A DNA stretch of 64,000 bases, taken from NCBI RefSeq assembly GCF_008831285.2, contig NC_045138.2, forward strand, positions 3,782,001 through 3,846,000, in the 5' to 3' direction. The translations under genes were made by a program, and so were the position numbers. The stretch comes from Nymphaea colorata. Lineage: Eukaryota. Shown here piece after piece: positions 1-14,660 of this stretch. The stretch's first letter is position 1. Each line of letters begins with the position of its first letter. A model generated the notes under the pieces. That model was given only the letters and a program-made list of their open reading frames with translations. It made no database searches and had not been told where the DNA came from.

Positions 1-1906
1 TTCATTTTTGTGCTTTAAATGGTTGTAAAGGGAATAACTATAAATAACACATATAACATATAGAGTCATAATCCATCTACTGATACTACATAAATTGCAC
101 ACTCTTGTTATGCTACGTATATGTTTTTTCTGACCAGACGAAGTTTAAGACCACGAAAAGAAGCACCCATCTTCTTCATTCTCATCTTCATTCACCTCAT
201 CTACATAAAACATGACACCACATAACCAGAAGCCTACACCTTCTTCTAAGCTTGCATTATGGTACTTGTATCCCTATTGGTCACCTGAAATCTTAAGAAG
301 TGGAATTTCACAGCTCAACTGGCGAGCTTAAGTTCTTAATACCGTTTGGGCGCCCATACAAAGAAATTACATCAACAATACCTCATGATTTCGTAATTTT
401 GATGCCCTTACAGCTTTTTCGTCTTTTTGGGAACTCCAAGAGCTGTTATGATTTAATAAATAGCCTTGAACTGTCTCCCTCCAACTGAAAATAGAAGCAC
501 TATAATAGTTCCATCACATGGATGTGGGTGCAGATGAGAGGATTGGTTTTGGAGGGAGAACCAATTTCAAAGAACCTAATTTATTTATAATAATAATAAT
601 AATATATTCATTCTCGGGCTTTTGCTATCAAGATTTTCCTCAGATATTAATTGGAAAATTTGTTTTTTCTGTGGGAAATACTCGGTATTTGAAAATTTTA
701 AGAATATATAAATAATAAAAAATTACCAAATTACAAGTTTTTTCAGTATTGTAGGAGAAAATATGAGAGAGAAGGAAAGGAGAAAGAAAGAGTGGAGAGT
801 TTCAAACTCGATAAAGAGAAAAAAAGAGGGATGAACAAGGCCCTGACTAGAAGAGGGAAAAGGCCCTCCTTCAACCTGGGCTTCAAGGGCTCCTCCACCC
901 ATGGAAGGCCTCCATCCGTATTGATGGAGGGTTCTTTTCCACTTTAGTCAATTTTTTAGCTTCTTGTTTATACTAAAATTTTTTTTGCCATTTTTTTCTT
1001 CTCTTCTTTATTGTAAAAGTTAAAATAATTTTAAGTGTAGATATATATATATATATATATTTCTTTGCCACAACAGAACTCGAGAAAAATGCCATACACC
1101 AGCATGGTGCCACAACCTCTTTATAGAGTCCACGTTACATGGCACAGTGGTTTGAAGCATTTTGTTTTCTTCTACAAAATTTTCAGTAGATTGCCTATAT
1201 ATTCTCTCCACATATTCTGAAAAAACTTCCAATCATGTAAAAAGTTGAGTATACCTTTAAAGTTTAAACAATATCAAAGAATTTATTCTAATGTCTCTTG
1301 AAGAGGAAAACGTACTACTACACTCTGCTTCAAACTAATTTCACTGAAATTAAGAGAACGACTGTGATGTTTGGATTATATGAGTTCTTTCGCTCCTTGG
1401 TGCCTTTGGCCCCACAATCCGAATATGATCTGAAAAAGGCATTTTGGACTCACTAAAACAATCACAAGCAAAAGAAAAATGTATAATCTAGATGCTGGTC
1501 CCATAGCATATAAACCTATGCAAAAAAAACACCTGAATCCTCTCAATGGTCTTCATTAGAAACTCAGATCCAACAAGTCCAGGTAAATCATATCACTAGA
1601 TAATACAGATCAACCTTCCCGTAAACAATCACAATCATCCTATAACAAATAGGAGATGCACAAAAGGAAGTAAAAATTTGCAAGTGTTCTTTCAGTTTTT
1701 AATGGTTTCTTCTTGCTTTTTTTTAATCGATTAACATGTCCTCTTGCAAAGAAAGGTAGGAAGCATTCCAACAAAAACAGCATGAAGCCAAGTAAAACAA
1801 TAAGCAAGGATCTGTCATCAGTAACTTCCAACTTTCAAACTAAGAGGAGGAGAAGCAGCAAGACAAAACATTTCTAAGAAACTTAAGATATAAATCTATT
1901 CCTTAC

Positions 1907-4900
1907 TTCCTTAGATGAGTTAAAATTCAGGATAGATACTTGAGAATCTTTATCATCTGCACTGTACACAGCAAATACGCTATCACCATTGGGATGCCAT
2001 GTTATGTTGTCAGGTGACTTCCACATTGACGATAAGCAGTCAGTTGAACTTAGCAAGGAGACATAAGATCTGTGGTTTTAGAGTTATCACGTCAAGGCAG
2101 AAATTTATTTAGACAGCTACGATTCCAAGTTCCAACAGATGAAAAAGGAAAGGAAGAGAAGGATCACAAGATAGCAAAATTTCAGAATGGTACCCTAACC
2201 ACATTTTGTAAGCAAACAGCCCTATATGCTAACAAAGAGCTAATACTAAAAAACCTTAGATATAATAAATCATGACATGATAACCAGATTAGAGGTCCAA
2301 GTATTGTCACTATATAGAATAAATACTGTTAAAAAGGAAGCTTCAAGGAAAAAAAAATCAGAAGAAAAAAAAAGGAGTACAATTAGTGTGAAAAACAATG
2401 ATAAGATGTCAAGAAAGAGATAGTAGGACAGAGTTAATTTGGAAGCTCCTAAACTGAAATTGCCATGTCTGGGAAAGTTACTTGATTAGAACAAATGTTT
2501 GTATATGACATCCTTTTACCAAGACAGAGAGTTAGCCACCTCGGTATTAATTCATTTTTTAACCTACAACATATTATCAAATCAAAAAACAATTCTCATT
2601 GAATAGGAAACTTCAAACTTAAACTTTATGCTAATGAAAAATGTAAAATTTAGGAAATTCAAAATTTTACCTCAAGGTATGAAGCCAATAAAAGTAGGTA
2701 GGTAACTCAGACTAAAGATGAGACTAAGCTAATAACCGCAAATGGATACTGATAAAAATATGGGATAGGTTTCTGAAGAAACATTTGCCACTGACATCCA
2801 TTAGAATTTAGAAAGAGCCTTGTCTAGCCTCGACAGCTCCAAAGGCATGGTTGGACAAATTAATAATGTTTAACCTTGCAGTTAAATCCAGTTATACTGA
2901 CACAGTTTCATTTTCAAAGAATTCAAGTGCACGTATATTAATTTTTCTACTTTATGTGGATGACGTGATCATTACAAGCAGTGATCGAAGCAGCATAAGA
3001 AAAAGAAAAGCTCCTTTAAGAAACAGTTTACAGCAAGGATTTTGGGTAACTTGATTTAGTTTCACATTGGTGAGGTAGAATTGTCCCAGAAATTACCTTT
3101 GGTCTCAAACTAAACTTGCCGTTCATGTAATTTATAGACAAAGTATAGCAGGACTGTTGGCACTCTAAAAGCTGCTGAACCGAAAGGGAAAATCAATAAC
3201 GAAAAAAACTCTGAAGAACCCACTCATGACCGAGTTGACTGCTGCTCTTTCATACCTTACCACCATAAGCTGTGATATTGTCCATGGCATTCATGTGGCA
3301 AATCAATTTTAGTAAGCACCAAACAGCATACATATATTGTTGTTTTTTGTATTATTTGATGTAATATTACATCTATTATTAGTTATTACCATAAGATTCT
3401 TCTCGTCTTCATCAGCTTCAATGAAATTAACCACTCACATTGATTCAGATTAGGAGTTACCTGATAATCGACACACTAACACTGCAATGTGTTTTTCTAG
3501 ATGAGACTTATTGGAGGTGCAAATGCAATTAAAAGTTTCATAATTTTCACTCCCACCACCTAAAGTATAATACCATGCAATGATATTAGCTGCAAAGGAA
3601 GTCGTATGGCTGAAAAGCGTGCTCATAGACATAGGGATTGATCATAAATTGTGCACCAAATTGTTACTAGTAACGACACATTTCATGAGAGGACCAAGTA
3701 CATACAGACGGATGCTCGACCATGCTAGCCAAGAATATTTGAAATCTTAAAGAAAAGAACCAGGTTATCACAGTTTTCCTATAAATCTCAATTATCAGAT
3801 GTTTTGCCAAGCCAATAGCTTCACCCTACTTATTATTTATTCACAGCCAAGTTTCAGCAATGGCATGGTGAATTTGAGGATCTTATATAGATACTGTCTA
3901 TGCTCATGTGCATGTATTTCAAGTATATACATATACTACTATATGTGATACATGTACATATGCTTGTAATGCGATATGATGTATTAACATATGTATACAA
4001 TACATTTTTTAGGTGTTTATGATGTATTAATGTATGTATATAATAGATTTTTTTTGGTGTTTATGATGTATTAATATAAGTATCATTGTATATAATAAAT
4101 TTTTTAGGTGTTTGTGACTCTTACAATTGCTTTTTTGTGCATGGGCAGCATGATTATTTTGACAATGATCAGTCCCTTGTAGTGGATGTTGGAGAAAGCC
4201 AGCAGCTAGCACACAGTCTGCTGCCACTTTTCCTCTTTGTATTTTATATGGGGATGAAACCCCACCTTACACTGTCTATTCAAGCATTCCACTAACCAAA
4301 AAAATATATATATATTTTTTAAGCTTTGTGATTTTAACACCTTATGCACCTTGGCTGATATAATTTGTGCAGCTGAATTTGCTAAATTCTTTGACTCTCT
4401 TTCCTCACTTTGAGAACAATATCTAAGTACCAGATCCTTTCAACGAAGATTCGCTCCTCACTCTTTAACTCATTCTCGCTTTTACCACTTCTGAAATACA
4501 AAATATGAACTCCCATAAAAGAAGCACTGGTCCAAAGACTCCAAAACAACTTAAACTAGCCAGAGCTTACTTCATATCATTGCTAAAGATATCACAATTG
4601 CTTCAAAAACATTGTGATAATATAGACACAACAGGAAAAAAGCCATCACAACGTTTTTAGAATATCACTAAAAATCAATTCTCACTCCATTATCAAATAA
4701 AATGTTGTAAAATTTTCCCTTTTTAAATAAAACATTTTTAATGTTCTTCAAACTTTTATTTTCACTTTATGTTCCGTGTAGCTACAAAAAATAATTTTTG
4801 AAGCCTTATCAATGTTCTTGGAAGTAAATTAAAAGAAAACTCAAAATTTGACAACATTTTCAATTAGTTTTAATTTTTATATATTTTTAATTTTTGAGTT

Positions 4901-7900
4901 TGCAAGCAAACAAGTTTGGAAAAATACCTGAGAAAAAACACTGCCAGTACAACTATCCTCATGGTCTGAGTTTTAGATATTTAAAAGAAAAAATGCATGA
5001 AATTTGAGCTTCTTATATCTCTAAATTAATAGGATTCACAGACAACAAATGGAACACACTTTCAAATAATTAAGGATTTGAGATTAATTTGGCAGAATAT
5101 TTAAGCTTACATAGTTTCCATGAACAGCCATGGCATATAGAATCATCAGACAGGAGTGCCTAACTGTACACCCAGCAAAATAACTAATGCCACTTACAAT
5201 AATCTATGGCCCTAAATTTAGGTTCACATTTTGACAACATAGAAATTGCTGGCTCTGCAAACAGACATTACCTTCCCAACAGAAATTGCAAATTCAACTT
5301 TCCTTTCTTGAGTGAAATTTATGTACAAAACTAATCATGGAATTCTTTTGCATCGGACGGTGCCCTGAAATCATAATAAAGAAACTAAGGAGTGTTTGAT
5401 TAACTCAGATCTTAGATTCCAGGGTCTGATTTAACATACCCAACTTAAATCTATACTTTAAACGAACCACAGATTTAAGATCTCTATTACACCTCAAACC
5501 TAGTATCTAGGAACCTAAGTTCTCAGAACACCTCATATCTAGGACCTCAGGTAATCAAATGCACTCATAGTGTTTATTTTGGATTTCCTGTCAAAGAATC
5601 AAAAGGTTCTTCTTGTTCACACCTTCTTTTGTGCTTTCTAAAAGAGACATTGTTTAGTCTTTACATCTAACAGACACTGACAAAAGATTTCCACCATTAG
5701 TCTTATTAAATGTTTTTCCAATATTGCTGCAAATGGGGAGATTCGTTAAATTTCTACTAAGTGGCAGAACAGGACCAGAGAAAAGGATCTGGAACATTAT
5801 CGAGATTAAGCAAGCTTTAATGTGCCAAGATAACGAATATTAGTGCTAAAACTCAGTAACCATTGGTACCCTAGAGTCCAGATGAAAATGATAATAACTG
5901 CAACGAGCAACTGGGAAATTTTGGTTAAAAAAAGTCATCAAGAGATGAAAGTCAGATACCATACCCTTTTGATTGGAGCTTCCATAATTTAACAATTCCA
6001 TCCAAATCACTGCATAACAATGATCAGCTTCAATTTAGATTTTAGCTACAGAGAGAGAGAGAGAAGCATTATTAAAAACCAGGCTGTTGAGTGCCCAACC
6101 AAGCCTCTGAATTTTCAAATGGCAGGCTGCCTAGAAACAACTAGCCTACACGACCACTGAAGCATAGGTGTATTTTTGATAACATAGATTCATAAAATAT
6201 AATAATGATCAATTACTAAAAGCTTCATCCGCAGTACATTAGGTTGCACACCTGACTTGGGTGCAGCAACCGATCTGCAGAACCCATGTGACATGCAAGG
6301 ATCAACATTCCTTCATTCCTCCTTACTTTATAATTTCTTCTAGAGCAAATCAACACAAATTTCTCCTTCATACTGTCAATCCATTTTATTTTTCCCTTTC
6401 GACATAAATTTTGTATTTCTAGTTCCAAATACTCAGCAAGACAGTTGCATTCAGTTCAAATAACTCCTCTCAGCAATTAGCAACTCATCCTTTACTATCC
6501 ATATTCCCTGGAAATTATGACGAAAAGAAAAATGGCTCACCTTGTTGCGATTTCATCTCTTATAGGATTTAAAGCAAGACTTCTCAATTTTCTCTTGTGT
6601 TGGCTGGAAATTTGGGTGCATGGCCGAACGTGAATCATGCAAGGAGCTGACAAACTACGTATAACAGGAATTAGGCCTTTATTTTCTTCCCTTCCTGCAC
6701 AGGCACAAAACAATTAAATTGTCACATTTTACTATATGACAGCCAGGTTGTGTCTAGTAACAAATGCGAGAACATAAAGATCCCCAGATGTGAATTTTAG
6801 TACTACCATACAATTTACTAAGTTCTGTAAGCTCTTGCTTCTAAAACAATTTTTATAGGTAAGCCCTGTCGGTGGTCCACCCTTCAGTACAAAGTACAAA
6901 CTAATAACTTCAGGTTACCTTTTGGCAATATTGTTGGTTGCCTAGCCTCCGGAGAAATAAGTTGAGATCTGGATCGATTTTGAATTTGAGGTTGAATTTC
7001 ATCAATGCACATAACAGTTGTTGGTCCATCAGTAAAACTGGCTTTCATACTACCATGATCTGCAGTGGATTTTAATTCTCCACCATCAGTGTTTCTTCTG
7101 AGGCAGGCTACCTTTGATTGATACTCATTTAACCTGCTCTTAGTCTCTTCTAGCTGCATGTCTTTTCAAACAGGATAATAATTAGTCAATATCGGAAAAC
7201 CCCTTGTTCAATGTTGCATGCAAAGAATAATAACAAATTAAGTGAAATAATAACAAATTAAGTGAGCAATAGAGATGGCTTAAATATGTGCATTTTCAAT
7301 GGCCGAAGAGAAATGTCAGCACAACTTTAGATTCTGGCCATTGAGCTTACCTTTAAGAAAAAACCATGCAGGTTAAATTATAGTTATCAAAATCACCTAC
7401 AGCAAGCAGATATCTTGATCCCTAGGAACTTGGAAGCAGAATCCTGATTCCAAATCATGGAAATCCCAGTTTCTCGGTTATTTACTTTAGATTGACCTCA
7501 GATCAAATTTGTTACGTTATATCCTTCTTTTCTTTTTGAGTTTTACTTATGGATAACAATTTATTAGCACCTTACGTGGTCCAAGATATGACATCCTGCT
7601 GCCCACTTTCTGAATGGTCCAAACTATGGGAACAATTGCTCTCCAATTCCAATTCCCATGCCCTTCCTTGAAAAGATGATCATCAAATTGAAAACCTCAC
7701 AATCCCAAAAGTAATGTTCTGTTTACTAATTTTCAAGTTCATAACCTAGAGGTCATACAGCGTCAAGAAGATATTAAGATGTTGAGATAAAGGGATGCCT
7801 CTGAGTAAGCTATCTCATAATATCAACTAGTTGTGCAACTAATAGGCATCAAACCTGTAAAACGTAAAACTGCTATCATTGGTTTCTCATCTGAAGCACA

Positions 7901-8809
7901 TTATGACAAGGACTTGATCCGACCATTATTAATTCCTTTACAGATAGCTTCCATAGCCTCTTATCAACAAATGACTAACTGCTCTTATGAAGCAACGATT
8001 ATTTAAAACCTACTATCCTATTTTATAGGATGATATTTTCTTGTATTAGTGCTTTATTTATTTGCACGCACCGAAAGACTTTTGCATGTTTGTCCTGCTA
8101 TCCTTCCATTCAATGTGGCATGGAAACGATTTGAAAGATTCGTTAATGTATGTTGCAATGACGAATAGTACCAGTGACAGATATGTCATGTCAAAGCAAA
8201 CGCAAAAAAGCTCGGCACTAACTAAAAGTGTTCCTCTTGGTGATGCTATCATTTTGCACAAGAGTTGTCAAAATTACTGGCTCTATTGTGGGATTAGGCG
8301 CATGATCTACATCAGAATGTAAATCAGGAAAGGTGATGGGACGGGGAACAAAAAGAAAAGTCGGGAGAGGTAATTGAGCAACTCGTGGTTGCTTCGTCTT
8401 TCTCAAAAGGCTAACTAAACGTTGATGAAAAGAAAAACAGAAGAAAACTAGGGTTTTAGACATCAGTTATGGCATCCGGAAACAGTTAAAGAGCATCGCT
8501 GTAGAGGCGGTCAAATAAAGAGGGAAAACAAGACGGCCCAACTACTTAGAAACGACAAGGGCAGATGAGCGACATCAACAGGAAACCGAAAGACAACATT
8601 GGTGCATGATTCAGAGATGAGAAACAGCACGCAACTTGTTTAGAGAAGTAGGATACTCTCTGGGCGAGATGCTCCACTTCTTTGTACTTGTGCTCGATAA
8701 AAGCCACCAAAGCTTCTTCGTCTTCTTCCTCTACATCACGGTCATCTTCGTCACCACTAGCCACGACGACGTCCTCCTTCATTTTCTTTTTCTTCCTCAC
8801 ATGGTCCAT
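1907..8809 (-). CDS. Coiled-coil + WD40-repeat protein, tandem paralogue A (3' exons not in window)
   Basis: Exons read by eye with GT/AG borders and consistent phases: 8809-8636 (MDHVRKK..EEALVAFIEHK..SYFSKQ), 7153-6919 (LEETKSRL.., using donor AAAG|GTAAC), 6694-6541 (..[16 protein letters not shown]..), 6009-5965 ([16 protein letters not shown]), 2069-1907 (..WHPNGDSVFAVYSADD..). Matches copy B exon for exon. Equivalents of exons 6-7 are not seen in 1-1906. Confidence 0.75.
2762..4339 (+). mobile_element. Decayed Ty1/copia RT-RNaseH fragment plus probable 3' LTR in intron 4 of WD40 copy A
   Basis: Broken motifs EETFA, LLYVDDVIIT (ORF 2851-3054), EVVWLKSVLIDIG and TFHERTKYI. The downstream AT-rich stretch resembles the LTR of the element at 39757 and ends in ..TTAACA. 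Many stops and frameshifts. Confidence 0.75.
5389..5566. mobile_element. Tourist-like (PIF/Harbinger) MITE
   Basis: TAA then GGAGTGTTTGATTA ... TAATCAAATGCACTC imperfect terminal inverted repeats. Internal AGATCT/ACCTCA motifs are shared with the element at 20576. Confidence 0.55.
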
Positions 8810-11800
8810 CGTGTACAAAGAAGCCGAAAATCCGTCCCGTTCTCGGGCGAGGAACTAACCGGAGGGATGGAGACGCCGCTGATGAAGAGAAAAAATTAAG
8901 CCTCGAGAGGGCGGTACAAAGCTCCTAAAGAACCACACTGCACGCACGGACCGAGTGATGGGTATCCTTTGACCGCAGCGTAAAACCCCGGGAATCCCAG
9001 ACTCTTGGCCTTCCGTCTGCGCATGGGGTCGATACATTGAGGCTGATAATAAAATTTATGAAGAGAGTTTGATTTTTTTTTTTTTTTTTTTAATTTGTCA
9101 CATGGATATGGGCTTGGTAAATACATTTAGTTTATGGCGATCAACTTTAGCAAGGCATCTTTGTTTTCAACAAATTCTTTAATAGTGACGACACATACAA
9201 CATGTTTTGATGGACATGAAGTAATGGATTATCGTCCACGACAATGCAAAATTAATTATTATCGCACTAGCTAATGGCTGATCTTCTTACTTTTGTTTTT
9301 AAAGATATGAAAGAGTTCTTCATGTATGGTCAAACTATCTTTCATGTTCCCGAAGTAGTTGCCGTATACTTTACATCAGGATATGATAATATAAACCTTT
9401 GTTTGTTTCGAATACCACCAACAAAAAAAAATTTGCATTTTGTTCCAAAATCAGCACATGACCTAAAAGTCTTTCCTCTATTACCAATGAAACCTCCAGA
9501 ATCGTCTAACTATGTAGAGTTGCATTCCCCTTGGTGAAATTATCGACACCAATTAATTTTTTACCAGCAGGGATATATATATATATATCCAACATTCTCC
9601 CGCTTGATGGGCTGAGACCACTATTATGTTAAGATGATGTAATTTTCTTTTGTGGTGTCATACCAGCAAACCGAATGGTACAGCCCTACAAGCATGACTG
9701 GATTTTGTATATCAATTTGGCCCTCTGAAACTATTTGGTAATGGTACTCGTCCCTTTCTTGATTGACTGGAGTTGTTCCTTTAATTGAAGGACACAAGAC
9801 CAGGTTTGGGCAGCATGCATTTGTTTTAAACTGCTACAGACCTTGAGAGAAGTTGTCAGGCCAACAAGTTGAGGGTGAACAGGTTCGTTCAAGGAGATTA
9901 CGATCCACAGTTGATTTTGACGCACCTGTGAAGCATTTTCAGGATTAGGTTCTTTAGTTTTTTCATCAGCGACAGACAGCACCAATGTTAAATTTATCTG
10001 GATAAGTTTTGGGTACGTATCCGAGATGAGATGAGCTGAGCTGAGCTTCCTTCTGATGCGATGAATGAAGCCTTTTTCAAGCCTGACACCACAAAAAAAG
10101 ATAATAATAATAATTGTGTCGTACCGACGTAACTGTGATGACTAATCTATTTTACCGATACAGAGAATATCCTTTTTGCCCTCTCGCTGCCATAGGTATT
10201 CCTTGATTGCACCAATATTTTCGCGCACGTCTTCCTATGCATGAGCCCCCTCTTCTCTCTCCAACGTCGCCGGTGCCCCCGTCTTGGTCATCGCCAGCAC
10301 CAACGCAAACGCGCATCGCCTTGCTCTCATCGCCCTTCACAGAATCCAGGTATCTCTCTCTCTCTCTTCGAGCATAAATTTACTGAGGAAGAAGGGGCAA
10401 AAGCATACTTAGGTCATTTTGTTTAGGAAATTCTGCTGGCGGCAGATTGACTGGAAGAACCGTCACCTTAATTTCAGCATCTTAGTGTTCCCGGTCGTAT
10501 AGAAAAAGTTGGATTTCTTATAGCAGCGGACTGATCTATTATTGAATTTAGGTTTTCCTTTTGAAGAATTTATTTCCTGGAAGGAATTGGACTGTAAGTC
10601 TGGTTTCTCCTCTCGAGAATAAAATATTCTGCTGTTGTGATTTTGGTGGGAGTTGTCATGAATATTAAGAACTCAGATCGTTGTCGAACTTCACTCTTCT
10701 TTTGGGCTTTTTTTTTTTAAAAAAAATTATTAGTCAGACAAACGGCTCTGGACATGTGGAAGATTTTTTTTTTTTTAAATTTAACAATGCAAATTTTCGT
10801 AATGAAGGTTTCGGCTTTGCGATGTTCAAATCAAGGGGGTTTCGTTGTTGAGCAATGAATAGAAGACCTAGTCAGGTACTTGTCTACTATTCTGAAATAT
10901 ACTCCGCATCAAAGTTCGTTCATTTTGTCTAAGTCATTTCAATTTTTCGAATGTATTTTTGTAACTGGTTTTTGAGTGCAGCATGTACGCCTTAAATTAT
11001 TAATGTAGTTGATATATTATTTTCTATAATTCTAACATTTTAGATTCAGTGAATTTCTTTTATGATGGCATGCTTTATGGTCCTTCTCTCTCATTAATGA
11101 GATCATCATCACCAGTATCAACAATGGAATATATCAACTACATTTAGACAACATGTATAATCAAAATCTTTTTGTGTCTGCAGTTGTGAATAGATGCTTG
11201 AGAGACATCTTTGATGTAAGATCTCCATGTGAAAGCATGGAGAATTTCTTTCTTGTTCTCCACGGACAGCTAACACTTGAAATCCTGTGGCACTCTGTAC
11301 CAGTAGAACTTGTAGTGAGCTGCTGCACAGTGTTCCTCTTATGTTCTTTGTGTATTGTTGTTCCGTCATATAGAGTAAAAGGACACAAAAATAATGAGAA
11401 CCCTGCAGAATAAATCTTCGGTTTCCATCCTAAGGTCTCTTGAACTTCATCATCCTTCTTTCCTAATTCTTGTGCTACCTACTGCATGTACAATAAATCC
11501 TACGGCTTGCTGCATATGGCCACCCATCTGATGACAATACAAATGCATTTCTGAATTCATTCTGAATTTTTCTAAGTTTCAAAATAAGCTTTAAAAGTAG
11601 CACCTGTGAGAACTCAACTATTGATTTTAGTGGTAGTTAGAATTCTTCTGTATGAATATCATGTCCACTGGCTCCAGGAACTGGGAAAATTATAGTTCTT
11701 CATATTTTGCTTCAATGGAGCAAGAACCAGTATCTATTGCAAGTGCTTTTAGCAATTTTTTTTTCTGACCTGGACCATGTCAAGTTGCAATCTGGTACTT

Positions 11801-12419
11801 TATCTTTGTTCAGACATGGCAAGCATTGTTTGTTTTATCAAATGTCATTAATATACCTAAGGCAACTCTTTCTCTCTCTCTCTCTCTCACACACACACCC
11901 AGTTGCTAACCTAGTCTCTAAACTGAGGTAACCACAAAAGCAGGATGTGACCTTTGTTTGATATGGTTGCAATGTCTTTCAAAAATTGAGAAAGTACAAT
12001 CAGATTGATGTCTCAGCAGCGTAAAACAACCTTTATCTAAGGTTGCTGTCTAACTTTGTTCTCTATTTTCTCGTGAGTTCTTGAGTACAAAGTCGACTTG
12101 TGAGCATAATAGGAGACAGACTGCTAGTGGCTTGTGAGCATAAATTGTATATAAAAGAATTCAAACAGCGTTTAATGCAATTTTCAATGGTTTTTTTAAA
12201 CGATTGAAGGATATAGCAATGATGAAATGCACTGCGAGTCTGCGACTGCATATCTATACCGGTGATTAAATCACTGCTATAGATCGACTAGGGCACCACC
12301 AATTTTAGAAGTGGGAAACTTCGCCGGTAGGGTAGCAATACCGGTGCTATTGTCACCGGTATTAGGCCTGGTTTCCTGTACACAGCTAATTCTCCAATCG
12401 CGAGGACCGGTACTAAAAC

Positions 12420-12600
12420 AGAAAATGCAAGAGAGAGAAAAGCACATAAGTGGTTCGGCAGTAGTGACTGCCTACATCCACAAGAAGGAGATCAAAAATT
12501 CATTTGATCATCCAACGTCATGATATGGTCTCTCGTTCTACAATCATCATTTGATCTAAAAGCTTATTCAATTCTCTCGAGATCTTACAATAAACAAACT
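12420..12600 (-). mobile_element. Probable copia-type LTR fragment
   Basis: GTGGTTCGGC...GCCTACATCCAC motif that I recall from plant copia LTRs. No internal domain and borders unclear. Confidence 0.35.
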
Positions 12601-13044
12601 GGGAGACGTTTCCAATAATGTCACCTGCTGAGCTCCTTTATTGTTGATAGGCATGCTTTTTTTATCACAATCACCCGTTAAGAGAGACCCCATAATAGAT
12701 GAGGAAGTAGTGTCTTTCACACCAGATCTTTTTTGGAGATCTCGATATCGTTGTCACTACTATATCGCCAACCACGACGAATGTTCTGATTATAGATGTT
12801 ACTACCGTCCTCATCGAGTTTGGGTTGGATTTAAATCTTACATTTTTTATCATCATAATTCAAATTACAACTTACGAGTATTGTTTTTACCAAATATATA
12901 TGCAGGCGCGTTCGTCAACCATCACAGTTGCCGTTGGTGCCAGTCATGCGGCGTGCTCGTCTATCTACAGCGGTCATCTTGCATGTTCCATACGCTAGTT
13001 GAATGCTGTTTATTTAGGTCATAGTGTGTGGACCAAGCCTAGTG

Positions 13045-13232
13045 CAAGGGCTGAGCAGAATTTTTTCATAAAATAGTTGAATTATAGTTTCAAAATTTGA
13101 TAGAAATTGAAATATTATTTTTTTAAAGATTTTATATAAGATAAATGATTTTGTAAATTAAAAAAAAAAAAAATTTGAGGGGGTTGTTGGGGCAAGGCCC
13201 CCGGCGGCCCCCTTTTGCCTCCGCCGGCCCTG
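13045..13232. mobile_element. Possible hAT-type MITE
   Basis: CAAGGGCTGAGC ... CCGCCGGCCCTG GC-rich imperfect termini around an AT-rich core. TSD not clear. Confidence 0.35.
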
Positions 13233-13599
13233 GGTGTGCAACCCTCCCGTCAACCAAACGTCTTATCACTTCTTTCACTAAAATGTCTTTTTACACAAAC
13301 TAGCTTCAGCTAAGGCCAATGGGCTGAAGACATTTTCGGGCCATATCTTATGCCTTTTTCGCTCCTTTTGTGTCGTCAAGTTTATACATCAATACACTAT
13401 GCAAATTAGAAAATGGCTGCTAAGAATATTCAAAGACAAAACTAGGACACGTTAGTTGATATATTTCAGAAAAAAATAAAGGTACAACCGCGAGGAAAAG
13501 GAAAAAATTCAAATTTTAGGATAAAATCAAAATTTCCTTTAGAATTTCACCGTTTCCATCATTTGCCGCGTCAAGAAACCTGCTTTCTTCACTTAAAAT

Positions 13600-14660
13600 T
13601 TAATAAGGGTACTAGGACCCTCCTGGATCAGGGTTGCAAATACGTTTTGTTCGGCAAAACCAAATTTTCGTAAATGCAATTCTCTCATAAACTGTTCTTT
13701 TGATTTGAGGATTGGTGAATTGGAGCAACAGGCAAACCGGATGCCTACTCCCAAGGTTTGCAAAAAAAATTCTGCTACTAAAGGGGATAATAGCTGGTGA
13801 TCTCCTCATTCTGGTTGAATCTGTCAATTGCAAGCTGAGTAGTGAAACATTCACCCCTTCTCTTGTCATTCCTCAAATAATAAGGGAAGGGAAATGAAAT
13901 GAAACCGAAGTTGACACGGGCAGAAATTTCTTGCTAAAGATACAACAACAGTACCAATTTTAAACTTTAAGGTGTACTTGTACATAAAAAATAAAAACAT
14001 AGTGATATGAATGTTTAGATAAGGTGATTTTTCTGGGTTGGTGCAGCTGGATACCAAGTTTACTTGATATATCAACCTAGGAGGAATGGCAGGATGAGAG
14101 AGATTTCATTTCCTTTCCACCCATACCAATCTTCCAACCAACGAGTAAAGCCCCAAAGCTTTCCCTTTCCCAGTGCTTTATGCCTCATTTCTGCAGAACT
14201 TTTTAATGCCCCAAATTCCGAGTAAGTGGAATAAAACAATAATAACTTTTGAAGGGTCATAGCTCAAACGAGCAAGAGGAAGGCGCGTGTGCGGCACATC
14301 AACCTGCAAGGGTTTGCTCCTATACTACAAACGAGTAGTGAAACATGCACCCCTTGGAGGAAGAAGAGGAACTTCTCTCGTTTTAGACAAACGGATAACT
14401 TTCTGATCACCCAATACTCTCATTATAAAAATAATTTGAAATTACGTACAAAAGATCTTATTGTCTACCTAGATAAAAGATTGTGAAGAACAAAAAATAA
14501 GCCAGTGACCCTCCGGCCTCCATTGCTTAACGTTGTAACTGTAAAAGGCACATGCAAAATGGATATCCCTTTTAAGCGCCCTTCTCCAATGCAACCTTTT
14601 ATGCAGAATTGGAGCTGGCAATACCCTATTCCTCCAGAACATAGGCAGCGTCACCAAAAA
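13600..14660 (-). mobile_element. Decayed L1-like LINE 3' fragment
   Basis: Minus-strand pieces LGKGK..FTRWLEDW and TKIWFCRTKRIC resemble the L1 ORF2 C-terminal G.G..FW.D.W and IW..RN.RIF motifs. Highly degenerate. Confidence 0.45.
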
